Assembly (NCBI GenBank): GCA_020536535.1
Contig: JAHLWZ010000676.1
Span: forward strand, 62,001 to 126,000
Length of the DNA stretch: 64,000 nt
Direction: 5' to 3'
Origin: Pelomyxa schiedti
Taxonomy: Eukaryota > Protista > Evosea
A model generated the notes under the pieces. The model was not told the DNA's origin and ran no database searches. It saw only the letters and a program-made list of their open reading frames with translations. Below, in pieces: positions 1 to 13,415 of this stretch (positions are counted from its first letter, which is position 1; each line of letters opens with the position of its first letter). Made by a program: the position numbers and the translations under genes.

Positions 1-3000
1 AGAGTGAATATATCAAATAACGAGGACCGCATCTGAAACATAAACTGCGGAAATAGGCCAGACGATGCTGGCTCTGGTTTAGTAATATATTTCCCCGGTT
101 CTGAACTATGGGAGTGTTGGTGAGAGCACTTAGAACAAAAGAGAACCTGCTCTCTGGTATGAGATCCTTAAGGATGTTGACAAGACTCCAAGCAATGGAG
201 AGCATATGAGTACCCATTTGGGGGCTCCCCAGATGCGTCTGGAGGAAGGTTAGGAAAAGAGTATAATAAGACTAGGTTTAACGCACTTTAGTTGCTGCTC
301 GAAGTTCTTCCGGAAGCTTGTAGAACAACATTGAATCAGGAACTGTGAAGCAGTTCCACTGTTTAAGTTTTCCAACTATAACTTGTGCAGACTGAGGTAC
401 GCCATGAGCATCAAACTGAGGGGAATCAACATGATAAAGTGCAGATACAAGGACTTCAGTTATTTCAAGTTTATGTGTGGCTTGCTCTGCTTGACACTAA
501 AAAAAAGAGAATAAAAAAAATATTTAAAATATCTTGGGAGGGATACCGTTATATTTCTCTCCATTTCCTCTCTTTCATGCTTTAAATTCCTTATTTGTTC
601 CTCGTATTCTCTCTTTGCCTTCTGTAAAGCCTTTTGGGCAGCCATTTTTTCATCCTTCTCCTTCTTGAACTCTTGTTTGGCCGCATTTGCTTTTTGTTTC
701 ACTGAGTCCAACTCAGAGTCCGTTTGTGTGTGGGAATGGAGTTGTGCCTCCATTTCTTGCTTTGCAACAGAAAGCAGCTCATTTTCGTGTTGAAGGGTTG
801 CAACAACCCCCTTTAACTCTTCCACAGTTTGTTCCAACTGGGCGGAATGTGTGTTTGCATCATTGTGGATGCGTTCTATTTCCAGTTTTTGAGCTGTTTG
901 AGTGTAGTCGAGGGTTTGTTTGAGTTCTGTTATTGTCTTTCTGGATGCTGCAAGTTGCTCACGCAGTTCACTAGCACTACTTTTCTTATCCTGGGAGCAA
1001 TTAGACAAAAGATAAAAAAAATGAAACACAAGAGATCACTAAGAAGCAACATTCATAAATTGTCGGGTTGTTACTTGTTTTTGTTGTTCCAGAGCAGACA
1101 ACTTATCAACTTCCCTCTTGATCTTTTTTTTAATTATCCCAATTTTAAAGGAACGAACAAACTTGTGTGGCAGCATCTAGTTTTTTGGAAAGATTTTCAG
1201 CAAGGGAATTCGCCTGAGCTAATTCATCTTTTAATGTTGCCACCTGGCTTTTCGTCAGAGAGTTCAGTTAACTTATTTACACACTTGGGTATTGTGAAGA
1301 AGAAGGTCAGATTTAGAAGAATTAAGTTCTTCTCTTAGCTTGGTCAACTGAAGTTCCCGTTTTCTCAGTTCGGCAGTTGCTAAAGAAGCTTCGTCTCTAG
1401 CCTTGTCCAAATCTTCCTTGAGTTTGGCTGAATTTTGTTCACTCTTTTTTAGTTCAACTTGAAAGGCAGCGAGTTCAGCAGTTGCAGTAGATGTTGAATG
1501 ATGTGAACTTGAATGAAGGTCAGAGAGCTCTTTCTGCAACTGTTTTATTTCATCCTTGAGAGCCTTTTCTTACTTATGTTTAGGGTCAACATGTCATTAA
1601 AATTAGTTGTACAGGAACGAACCATTTAGTTCGTGGCTTGTCTTTGTCTCCGTTAGCTGATTCTGTAGCTCCTCCACCTGTTGTGAAAAAACAGAAGTTG
1701 CATTTGCGTCACCCATTTTTTGTTGCAGTTGCACTAATAAAGAATCACGCTGCCTCTCACATGCCTCAAGAGAACGATTTGCTTGATCAAGCTTATTCGT
1801 AGCCTCATCCAAATCGCGGCGGAGTTGTTCTGCTTCTCTGTGTGCTACAGTAGCATCATGTTGCGTAGCAGCAAGTTTAGTAGACAGCTCCTCTAAAGAT
1901 TGAGTCTGGCAATTTTAGACTGAAAGCACTACATGGAAAACACATACAGCTTTTTCTTGCTGCACTTTTAATTCGCCCTTCAGTTTGGTGCATTTCTCAT
2001 GGTAGTGATTGCACTTATCTATTGGGAGTGTTACACAGCAGTAAGTGTAATTCAACAACCTTTCGCATCTGAAAGATTAGCAAGTGCTGTTGCCAACTCT
2101 TCTTGAACTTTTCTCAATGTATCATCAACCTGTCCTTTATCCACCAGAAGTTTATCACGGGTGGATTCTGCTTTCTCTCTAGCAGTGTTGGCTTTTATTC
2201 TTTCAGCTTCGGCCAGGTCTCTTTCTCCCTCAATATGCGTAATTTGTGCTGTTGCATTGTCAAGGTCATGATGCAGGTTGGAGTTGTCAACTTTTAGCTT
2301 GGCACATTCAGTTTGCAAATGCTCAAACTCAGGATTTGTCCTATCTCCATGAGCAACAACCTCTGTAAGATTGGGTTTTGTTGGCTCAGCTGTTTCATGG
2401 GTGGAAGTATGAGGAGGTTCTTTTTCCTTTGGTGGCTCCTTCTCTTTTGATTTGTGCTTATCTTTCACTTTTGGTGCTGGGTCTTTCTTTTTCTTCTTCG
2501 AGTGTTTTTTCTCTTCTTCTAATTTCAACTCTTCCTCGACAGCCTTTTGCCTTGCAAGCATTTCAGCTTCTACATCGCTAACATCAAAAGGATTCGCAGG
2601 TGCCGTTGTAGAGGTTGTGGTAGTAGTTGTGGAAGGGGGTGTAGCAGGATCAGCATAAGAAGCAAAATCAACTGTTTCATTGGATTCGCCATCATCAGGC
2701 TGCACGTGTTACATTATTATGTAGATTCAGAAAATTTGGAGTAGTACATCAACTTCCGATTTCAAAACTTCAGTTTCCTCGTCTCTGAATAGTTTTGGGA
2801 GAAATAAGGAAAAGAGATTGACCATGAAGAGTTACCCTGTTGATGCCCCCATATTCTCAGAAGAAATTTTAAGCTAAAACAGAGAGTGAATGAAACAGGG
2901 GTAAAAAGAATGTCATGTGTACCAGAAGAGTGACTGGAACCTTACTGCCTTTGGTCTTCAGATTTAGGGAGACAGCTTTTGTAGATCCACCCAAATCAGC

Positions 3001-3387
3001 ATAATCGCTCAAATTGATAGTGGCTTTGCCCAGAGATTTCTTCTTTTTCTTCCCTTTATCATCCTTGAGCGAGAAAATGATATTCTTGTTGTCCTGTGGT
3101 TTTCGCCTGCTTTAGCGAGGCAAAAAAAAAAAAAATCCCAACCCAAAAGGGTAATAAAAACCAACATAAAGAGCGATGTCCTTGAACAACGTGCACAACA
3201 TTGTCACAGTCTCGTTCCACTCGCAGATCCCGGCCTTTACAGGTGCCGACGCGGTAACACCCTTGTTCTCCTTCTTAGATCCGCGTTTCCATGACACCGC
3301 CGTGCTTGTTATGCCATCTGGGATCTGCGACGCACACACGAACGTCAGCCGGTACCTCTGCTTCACTCCCTTACGTTTACCGAACAT
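1..3387 (-). CDS. NT-C2 (EEIG1/EHBP1 N-terminal C2) protein with long coiled coil; multi-exon, runs off the window start; C-terminal part may be a DIL/myosin-V cargo-binding-like domain
   Basis: ATG at 3387 gives MFGKRKGVKQRYRLTF..VSWKRGSKKENKGVT..CEWNETVTMLCTLFKD, then KKKKSLGKATINLSDYA, the NT-C2 pattern. Exons 2052-2705, 1273-1812 and 460-1029 are heptad-rich. Exon near 260-460 reads KLEITEVLVSALYHVDSPQFDAHGVPQSAQVIVGKLKQWNCF (DIL-like assignment is weak). Confidence 0.75.
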
Positions 3388-3647
3388 CGAGATGTTTCAG
3401 ATCGACACGGCCTTTCGCGATTTTGGTTTTCCTCTAAAAAGGCTTGATTCTTTCTTTGACTGAACTGGAAGGAAGCATTAAGAGGTTGAAGGCAATTGGT
3501 CCCGCTTTGGGCGCGCGGGAGTGAATTCACTGGGACACCAATGTGCTGCAAATTCGGAGCCTCACGGCGTTCAGCTCCCAAAATTGCCCTGTTCAATGAA
3601 TAGGCTTTTTTTAGCCGCCCAAGGCTTTATAAGGAAAGAAAGCATAA

Positions 3648-4902
<1,255 letters not shown>

Positions 4903-5553
4903 ACGCACAGCACACTAACACACAAACAACAGACAACAACCAAACAGGGACGGACCACAGAGCCGCACAGGGCGGATATACGGGAAGAGCAGGAGTCTTG
5001 TTGAATGTGGTAAGCACTGGGCTCTATCCCCCCTCTTCCGATCTTTGGTCTCGTGTTGTGGTGCCACTGGTTTGGCCAAACAACTGCGGGACCGGGTTGG
5101 GTTGGGGGGAAAAGGAAACCCTGTTACCTGCCAAGACACACTCCTTCCCGTGCCCTTGTGGTTCTGGCCGTCTCTTGGTTGTTGGCGCATCAGAAGTTAA
5201 AAAAAAAAAAAAACATTTGTTTATTTATGTCTCTTTTCTTCATCGAGGTAGGATTGTACAACAAGGGCTATCTCCAGGCCCGAAATACATCTCCCACCAA
5301 AAAAGTGTGTTCGTAACACCCTGATCTCTCGGGTACAAAAAAATAGCCTGACGAAACAACAGACAAAAAGGAACTTACAAGCGTACCCACCACTGAGCCC
5401 CGTATGCCCCCGAAGCCCTCCATGGCAAGCCCCATAAGCACACAAAACCCAGTTTTGATTGGCAGGTAGATCAAGCACCCCCAAGTCTCCAACCAAGCTC
5501 CGCCCCCCAGCTCCCCAAGATAATGAGGAGCCAAAGAACAGCGGCCCACAGCA

Positions 5554-5577
5554 CCCCCCAACCCCAACCCCAACCCC
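5554..5577. repeat. (CCCCAA)3CCCC telomere-like hexamer tract; G-quadruplex-capable on the minus strand
   Basis: Sequence ccccccaaccccaaccccaacccc read directly; four G-runs on the minus strand. Confidence 0.6.
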
Positions 5578-5862
5578 GACCTCCAAAGAGACCAGAACTG
5601 GGATAAAACTTGGAAAGCACCACAAACCCTGACGCGGAAATGACTCCACGTCGTCCCGAATAAGAGACACCAAAGGCACCCAACCGAACCACAAGCTCAT
5701 TCCCCACCCTCAATATTGAGGGCAAGGTTTGTTGTTCTTGTCATCCTCAAATACCCAAAAAAATACCCGTGTACTGAATTGTGGGTTGGGCCCTTTCATC
5801 TCTGACTGGTTTTCTTTCAGTGTTATTGGTGGGTACTGTGTTGTGGGTGTGCTTAGCACGTG

Positions 5863-6005
5863 TATTTTGGGGTATTGGATGCGGTGGGAAAAACAACCAC
5901 ACTCTACAACTCAGTGACATTATCAGTACCACTCCTATGATTGGGTTCGATGTTGGGACTGTGGAGTACAATAAAGTAAGCTTCACGGTGTGGGCTATTG
6001 AGGCT
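5863..6005 (+). pseudogene. Degenerate ARF-family GTPase fragment (P-loop to switch I/II) with a frameshift
   Basis: Frame 1 YFGVLDAVGKTTTLYN, then frame 0 LSDIISTTPMIGFDVGTVEYNKVSFTVWAIE, versus the ARF1 consensus [50 protein letters not shown]. No downstream G4/G5 motifs seen. Confidence 0.8.
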
Positions 6006-6191
6006 AAGTGGCTGAATAAAATAATCAACAGACCGGAACGCTGTCATTCTCGTCATCGTCGCTCCAGGAGCGGTGGTTTGGTGTTTTTTTCTTCCGCCAA
6101 GTGAGACCCGCAGGAGCTCGAGTCGCTGTTACGCGGCAAGAAAATTACAGCGTTCCGGTCAGTTTTCCTGAACCAAATTAAGAACATTGTG

Positions 6192-7451
6192 ATGCGCAGA
6201 CCCTCGCAACCCAGCATTACTTCAGCAAGTCGCGGCACAGTGTCTACAAGTCGCGGCCTAACCGGTGCCGCCACTCTGACACAGCCCAACGAGCACACTC
6301 TCAGGCCCAGCGGGGGCGCCCTGGCCCGCACTCTGCTGGCGCCTCCCCCGCCCCCGCGCCCGCACGCCAAGCCGCCGGGCCCAGGTCTCCGGCCGGGCGC
6401 CGCCGCCGAGCAGCACCCGCACCCGCCCCGCTCCCAGATGCCCCCGCCCACCGCAGGCCCCCTTGCGGCCCCCCCGCCACCCCAGCGGAGGGCGATGCAC
6501 GGCAGCACCCCCGGGGGCCCCGGCGCGCTGGCTGCGACTGTGGTGGGGCCTGTGCCCCCAACTCCTGCTACCCAAACGAAAACGGCCTCGCGGGTTCCTC
6601 CACAGACGCCGGCACTTCTGCGGACATGCGCGGCCGCTTCTGCGCCGCCTCAGCAGCACCCGCGCCCCCCTGCTTCTGGTTCTGTTTCTGCTTATTCTGT
6701 GTGTCAGAGCCAATCGGCAACAACCAAAGTTAATGCGGCGGCTGTGGCGCAGCAATGGACTATGAACTGCGCACCCACTACTTTCGAGCAGTCCAACCAA
6801 AGCGACACCGTTTTGTTGTGGTGTGCTGCACGGGAGCTAGCAAGAAGTACCTCGCAGCACCGGAAAGAATTGGCATGTGAACAATTGACTAACACTGCTA
6901 CGTCGATCAAAAATCTTGCAGCCGAAGTGGAACAGGAAGCTTCGGTGCTGTGGGATTTGAGAAGCGCCAAGTGCGCGCAACGAGTTCTTTCTGTTGTGAA
7001 CAGCACTGAAAGCGATGAGGACGTGCACATGGAGGAACCAAAGGACACTATGGCAGAGCAGTACCAGGTGTTTTCCGACACATTTGAAAGCCACAAGACA
7101 CTCTACAACGCCGTCGAGCACACGAGTTTCCACGTTCCGGCTAGAAACTTGACATGCAATGGTGGCATTGAAGCCATGGTACATGCAATCCAGGCCTCAA
7201 CGAAAATGCTGAGCTCACTTGAGGAGGCCATCAACCCAGTGTGGGTGATGTGCATGGCTGGAACCCACAATCCATGTGCAGCGGAACTCATTGGCTCACA
7301 AGTGCGCAAAACGTGTGACATTGTTTCCAAGGAGTGTGTCCTGATGGAGGAATTGCAGAGTCTCATCAATAGGGAGGTCATGGAGTTGACCGAGTACACA
7401 AGCCTTATGCTCCACAATCAAACATCAAAACAAATGATCGGCGAGTACTAG
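6192..7451 (+). CDS. Hypothetical protein, Pro/Ala-rich N-terminus and helical/coiled-coil C-terminus
   Basis: 420-codon uninterrupted ORF with ATG at 6192; frame stays open back to 6105, so a 5' exon may be missing; no family recognised. Confidence 0.6.
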   Translation: MRRPSQPSITSASRGTVSTSRGLTGAATLTQPNEHTLRPSGGALARTLLAPPPPPRPHAKPPGPGLRPGAAAEQHPHPPRSQMPPPTAGPLAAPPPPQRRAMHGSTPGGPGALAATVVGPVPPTPATQTKTASRVPPQTPALLRTCAAASAPPQQHPRPPASGSVSAYSVCQSQSATTKVNAAAVAQQWTMNCAPTTFEQSNQSDTVLLWCAARELARSTSQHRKELACEQLTNTATSIKNLAAEVEQEASVLWDLRSAKCAQRVLSVVNSTESDEDVHMEEPKDTMAEQYQVFSDTFESHKTLYNAVEHTSFHVPARNLTCNGGIEAMVHAIQASTKMLSSLEEAINPVWVMCMAGTHNPCAAELIGSQVRKTCDIVSKECVLMEELQSLINREVMELTEYTSLMLHNQTSKQMIGEY

Positions 7452-7551
7452 ACAAAAAAAATCCCAAAGTTTGTTGTTTTGGAGAAGTGCGACGGCAAGA
7501 ATTCGACCTCAATCAACCTTACAGGAAAACACCCGACGTAACAAAGTGTAC

Positions 7552-9874
7552 ATGGCGTCTGCGGCTACGGACACTTCCCCCTCCTCTGCGTCTCCAACCA
7601 CGCCGCAGCAGCCGGGTGTTGTTATGTCGCCGTTCTCAAGCACCGAGTTGGGGTGTGCCGACGCCGCGTCGTGGTGGGGCCCTGCTGTGTCTGTCGGCGG
7701 TCTGCAAGAGTGCGGCGTCAGCAACAACGACAACAACTTCATGTGTCACATTGGAACAGAGAATCCAGCTGGGACTGGGACGCCAAACGCCATTGGGGTC
7801 GAGCCGCTGGGCCTGTACCACGACACCAGTGTAGTGGGCGAAAATACGACGGACGGAGCGCAATTGGGATTTGGTTTGGTGTCAATTGATCAGGCAAGTG
7901 CTGTTTTTTTTCCCCTCTCTCCTCCTTCTATCTAACGTAGTGTTTGTAGAATGGGATATGTGAGTCTGTTGGCGCTGCGGTGCCTCAAGTAACTCATAGA
8001 AAGAGAAGGCGTGTAGGTGCACAGGCCAAGGTGCAACCAATCTTTTCAGCAGCGAGGAAGGCTCAGATGGTGTAAGCTGCTTACGATTAAGTGAAGGGAA
8101 TTGGCGCTCCAATTTGGCTTTAACCTGCTATTTCAGAGGGGATTGGGCAAGTGCTGCAATGGATTGCAGGTTTCAACGGGGATTCAAGATGGAGGACTCT
8201 ACATGGGTACACTACCGAAGGACAACTTTTGGGTTGAGCCTAAAGTTATTTGGAGTTTCTCCATATAGTACCTGGTAGATTCTTTGCCACAGATAGCTCA
8301 AGACTTAACTCGGCCTTAGCGAATTTTCATACCTTGACCAGAATGGGTCTATGTGCAGTGTACCCTGCTCGTCACTGTCCATTTTAATCACCTGTGTGGC
8401 CAAACTTGGTAACGGAGATGAGAGCAATCTTCAACCAGTGTTGTTCTCTCCCTCTCGAATTTTTTTTTACTAATTAATAAAAAAATCTCAGGTAGAAATT
8501 CACCAGGTTCATAACAATACAGAATCCTTGCTTGGAGCGATTCCCTTCACTTTTGAGGTATTCTTGAAACCAATGTTCACCTGTTCATTACGCCACCAAT
8601 AGGAGATCAATTTGCCTAAACTTCGATTCAGCAGATCAACGGCACACAACTCCAGGAAAAATCCTTCAACACAGGTAAGCCGAACAATGTTAGTCAATAT
8701 TAATGTAAACAAGGAATTCTTCAGAGTAGCTGTTTCTTTAATTAGCAACTACGTTGAAGGAAATATGATGGAGCTTTTGTGCTCTCTGTCTGAACCTGTA
8801 CTTGTTCATGGATCACACCCAGGGAAAATTACTTTGAGATCAATCACTGGAATGACACCCGCAACAACCACTACAACCCTTACTCCCGTTCTTCCTCAGT
8901 ATTCTACAACGCCGCCTCAGACCAAAATCAGTTGTGGTTGGATGCCACTAGTCTCTGGTGGAATTGCACGGTTAGTTACTCCTGTGTCGTGTAATTCTTA
9001 GCAGTTTTACTCAGGTCAGGTCCCGTTTCCATCAACACAACAGAGTCCCCAGAAGCCTTAACAGTTCAAGGCAATTGTTTGCTGTTTGGCTCTTTGCTTC
9101 AGCCATCAGGTTTCCTAGGTGCATCATTCCTTTCTAATGTCAGTTGATAAAGATGGTAGATTGAAGAGCAACCTCAAATTACTTGACACACGGAACTGCC
9201 TTCAAACAATCGAAAAAATCCGGCTGTACGAATTTCAAAGAAAGGTACGATGGAGTAGGAGACGAAAAATAACTCCTGTCTTTAGGATGTTCCGAACATT
9301 GAAAATTTGCAACGAGGTATCATTGCCCAAGAACTATCTAAACTCTTGCCTGCTGCAGTACACCAAACTGGGTCATCTGTTAAACTCAGGTGTGAAACTA
9401 CCAATCCTTAAATATAACCGTCAGTAGTGATGGCACATCAGTTGACAACGTTCTATCTGTAAATAAAGAAGCCGTTTTCATGGAGAATGTTGGGGCTACT
9501 ATAGAACTATCCCGCCGTGTAGAAACACTTGGTACCAAGGTTTCATTGCACCTCGTTTCCTTGCACTCTTAGGAACCCGAAGGTAGCGGAACTTGATGGG
9601 AAGTTTTACGTTCTTGTGGAAAAGACAACAACAAGTTCCGCGTTGAACGAGAAGCTGATGAAGCAGATTCCATCCGCTAATTGGATCGGCCAGCTTATTT
9701 TGCTGTTTACCGACTGCATTTTCTCACGTCTGCATTCCATTACAAGCTTTTTTTAACCTTTTTTTTACAGATAAAAAGAAGATTATTGCTAGTGTAATTA
9801 TCCTGTTTATGATTTTTGTAATGCTTTCTATTGTGCTTACTGCATTAAGTCACTGCCCTCACGCACAAGTCTAA
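7552..9874 (+). CDS. MYRF: MYRF/MrfA-like membrane-bound transcription factor: NDT80/PhoG DNA-binding domain + S74 intramolecular chaperone autocleavage domain + C-terminal TM helix
   Basis: Spliced translation: WVHYRRTTF and LRFSRSTAHNSRKNPSTQEFFRVAVSL (NDT80); VSINTTESPEALTVQGNCLLFGSLLQPS|DGRLKSNL, RGIIAQELSKLLPAAV and NKEAVFMENVGATIELSRRVETL (compare MYRF GSLMHPSDLRAKE and NKERIFMENVGAVKEL); TM KKIIASVIILFMIFVMLSIVLTAL; NLS RKRRR. Confidence 0.9.
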
Positions 9875-9958
9875 AAAGGGAGTTGCCACTACCAGAAAAA
9901 CGCAGAATAAATAGAAGTTTTTTTCTACTGGCTCCAAACAATACTTGGGAGAAGTCTG

Positions 9959-11836
9959 TTAGAAGAATCCCTCTTCTATCTCCACAAGGGACTTCACACC
10001 AAGAAGAGACAGGGAACCTTGTTGGGACCCACAGACAGTCTGTTGTGCCATGGCTTCCATCACTTCAAGTCTGTCGAAGGCCTGAAGGAGAGAGGCGCCT
10101 GTGACATACACGGCGTCATTTCGTACAATGGCGGCAACTGGTGATATCAGTTGAGGCTGGGCTGGGGGTGGTGGGGGTGGGCGCTTCCCTGGTGCCTGTA
10201 GGAGAGTAGAGGCAATCATTGATGGTGTGATGCTGGCCTGAAAATCCAAAACTGGGACATCACGGAGGACGATGTATCCCTCTGGAATTATGCTGCCTTC
10301 AAAGTGGTTGCTGGAGATTGCGAATGCCATGGCAAAGACTGGGTGTGCAGTAATCACAACATTTATGGAAGGATGGGTAGCATAAATGGCAGCATGGGAG
10401 GCGGCACATGTAGGGAGTAAGGTGGATGTTGAGCGGTATCCAAGAGGAGCACCATTCAGATTGCCTCCTGAAGTCAATTTCACTGTGATTACATCAGCAG
10501 GCTATAAAGTAGTGAGTTTACAATTTAAAACCCAAGAAAACTCACTGCCAAATTGGCAGCGTCAATGTAGGCTGGGGTTATAACGAAAGAGTCCGGGCCA
10601 ATTCTTGAAGAGATTGTGATCCCACTTGGAGAAGTAAGTCTCTGTGTGTATGCCCTGGCTGCAAAGCGGCTTATCTGGTACTTCGCTTCCGATTCTTGGG
10701 GTGTACAAGGGCTATGAACGGTTAGCACTACATAACACGGGATTTTCGTGAGGTCGATTTACATGGAGACGAGTGTCGGTAAATGAGGAATCCACGAGGA
10801 AGAAACTTCATCAGAAAAACAAGAATAGGATTTCAGTTGCGCGTCAGTAAGTATATTGACAGGATCACCAACAGCTTTATTTGCACGTGACAAAGCAACT
10901 GCGTTACTTATAGCCCCAGAACAAAACTCCAGAGTTTCAAATCGGTTGAAAGTTTCCCCCATAGCATCTCCTGCAACCATAATACCGTGGTTCGCCATCA
11001 ACACGCACATAGCACCACTTGCAAACTGTTGCTCGATAAGTGAGGCAAGAGTTTCAGTCCCAGGGCATGCATATGGGCACAGGCCAACAGAGCCACAAGT
11101 ACAATATGCCGAGGCTATTGCTCGCGTATTGGGTACCTGTGAGCCAGATTTAACCTCTTAACGGATAAATGGAGGTTGATTTACCAGTGCAGTCACGGCA
11201 AACCCTCCAAGGTAAGGTGGGTGGGCATGAATGATAGAAAACACGTGCGGCAGCTTGCTGTACAGCCTGAGGTGCAGCGGATGCTCAGTGCTAGGCTTCA
11301 ACTCAGGTGTCTCAGAGTGCCACACTCCATCAGTCGTCATGTACAAAATCTGTTTACATGTTTGGGTGCTAGTTGTGGAACAATTAAGAAATAAAAACCT
11401 GGTTCCTGTACATATCGCCCTTATCAGTGCCCTTGGGAGTCAACCACACAGAGCCGTCGGCCCTACACCTGTGAGATATGTTCCCCCCGCTCGTAGTCGT
11501 AAGCCTGTATCCGTACAGCCTCCTCATCGCTTCGCAAACACAATCCCTCGGCGGCGGCACGAAAGACAGCGGCGACGACGCCTGCCCGCTACCCGATGCA
11601 GCCGTAGCAGCAGTTGCTCCACTTGTAGATGCAGACGTAGCGGCGCGCACATCACTCGAAGTAGTAGATGCAGAAGAAGATGCACCAGAAACGGGGTTAA
11701 GACGAGGCCGCTGCGACTTGGTGGGCTCAGGTTGGGCCGAGTCCTGGTCGTTATTTCCCTTTGGATCTCCTGTGGGCTTTGCAGTCCAAGCGATATTCGG
11801 CCTCTTCCTGGACGATGGTGAGCTCGACGTCTGCAT
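9959..11836 (-). CDS. Two-domain class II aldolase/adducin-family protein, bacterial type
   Basis: Domain 1: LTTTSGGNIS, KPSTEHPLH, IIHAHPP, LMANHG. Domain 2: QRLTSPSGITISSR, ITAHPVF, IPEGYIVLRDVP, SLLQAFDRLEVME. Short introns; Ser/Ala-rich N-extension. Confidence 0.85.
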
Positions 11837-11932
11837 CTACGACGTAGATGGGATGTTTTGTTGTTTGTGCTTGTGTTTTTTTTAATTATTTAAAAAAAAT
11901 AAAATAACTTCTGGACTTGGCGGAACTTCGCA

Positions 11933-11959
11933 CGAGGTGCAGGGGAATAGTGCACCTCG
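11933..11959. other. Perfect 9-bp inverted repeat with 9-nt spacer upstream of the aldolase gene
   Basis: CGAGGTGCA-ggggaatag-TGCACCTCG read directly; flanking TCG/CGA extends the stem past a 2-nt bulge. Confidence 0.55.
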
Positions 11960-12043
11960 CGACCAATTGGGATAGAACTAAATTAAACATTTCTAAGCTA
12001 TGGCACAGGCTATCATTCACAACAACAAACAGGTACAGATGAA

Positions 12044-13415
12044 TCACTCAGGTCTCTCCCACTGCGAAGTTCTATGTAGTAGATTGATATAGTAGATTCT
12101 GCCGTTATCTGGGTGGCTTTTTCTTATCCACAAGGGTGGTAGTTCCCCACCATCATCGATCACTATTAAAATCAGCTTTAGTACAGAAAAATGTTGGGTA
12201 CGTGGGAGTGTCCAAGAGGAAGTTCGTTTCAGGATGTTCACATAATACTTCCTCCCTGTATGGTTATCAAATCTTTCTTCCCAATAACGGGGAAGACTCT
12301 GAGCTGCAACCAACCACAAGGATTAATTAGTGTGGAATAAATGGACGACTTACGGTTGGGTGGTGGCGGGATAGGAGGTATAAAGGCTAATGTAGCAATA
12401 TCCTGCATGACAAATTCGGGCAAACATAACAAGACACTGTTCCAGCCACAACGAAGATGCTTTCCAGTCAAAAAAGTAAGTGACAGGTGAATCCATGGTA
12501 TTGTTCGTGCATTCTCAGGGGTGAGTAGTCTTGGAATTCGTGCTAGTTTGAGTGGGAGTCGGGGCCTCTCCCACTGAGTGGTTCTGGTTGGAAGATGTTG
12601 ATAATAAACCTTGAAAGAAATGAATAGGCAGCAAAAAAGGAAACAGTAATTACTTTGTGTTGTTCCGCTTGCACCAACTGCACCCAATTAGGAGGAAGTG
12701 GAAGTTGCCAATAAGAAGTGAAAGTTTTTAAATCCACATAATATGAGGCAGCGCCACTACTCGTTTCATGGCATCTTTTAATCCAATACTCAGGGAGAGG
12801 TGCAGTGTCTTCTGGCACTACATGAAATGAACTTCCCCATACAACGTCAGAATATATATACTTACAACGGGGATAGGTCCATTGGCTTTCTCTTGTAGCC
12901 ACATTGACATAGTAAAGGTGTCCCTGTGCGGTGGTTCTGATGCCCCAATATTCAGGTAGACCCGCTGTTGCCAAACACAAACCATATCAAGTGTTATCAC
13001 ATGCAGAATGCTCCCATTCTATTTTTACTATATCTTCCTGAACACCCCACAAGGTTCCATCCAATGCATCACACCAACACCCCAAAAAAAAAAAAAAAAA
13101 AAGTCGAAAAGCTTTCCGACCTGGAGGTGCTATTTGCGGATAGGCGAGGTCCACGATTCGCCTAAGCAGATCCGCAGGCAACACCCTCGCGGGGGACGAG
13201 GCCCCGCACCTCCCGTGCCCCGCGCAGCACAGGGCGAGCCCCCCAATGCAGATTAATGGAGGGGCGGGGGCGGGAGCAGCGGCTGGGGCGGGTGCAGGCT
13301 CCGGCGGGGCCTGCGGGGGATCAACGGGGGGAGGCTGCGGGGACACCTTGGGTTCCACCCGAACAATCTCGATGTCGGTATTCGCCGGGGGCGGGGTGCT
13401 GGTTGTTGTGCCCAT
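12044..13415 (-). CDS. Putatively N-myristoylated protein with five WW domains
   Basis: Starts MGTTTS. WW units: LPEYW..LYYVNVATRESQWTYP; LPEYW..SYYVDLKTFTSYWQLP; LPPNW..VYYQHLPTRTTQWERP; LPRYW..KYYVNILKRTSSWTLP; LPPLW..IYYINLLHRTSQWERP. Confidence 0.85.

Noticed and set aside
4915-5720. Short reverse-complement matches between 5040-5180 and 5450-5680 suggesting a long inverted repeat
   Set aside because: Matches are only 10-15 nt in G/C-skewed sequence and their order and spacing are not collinear.
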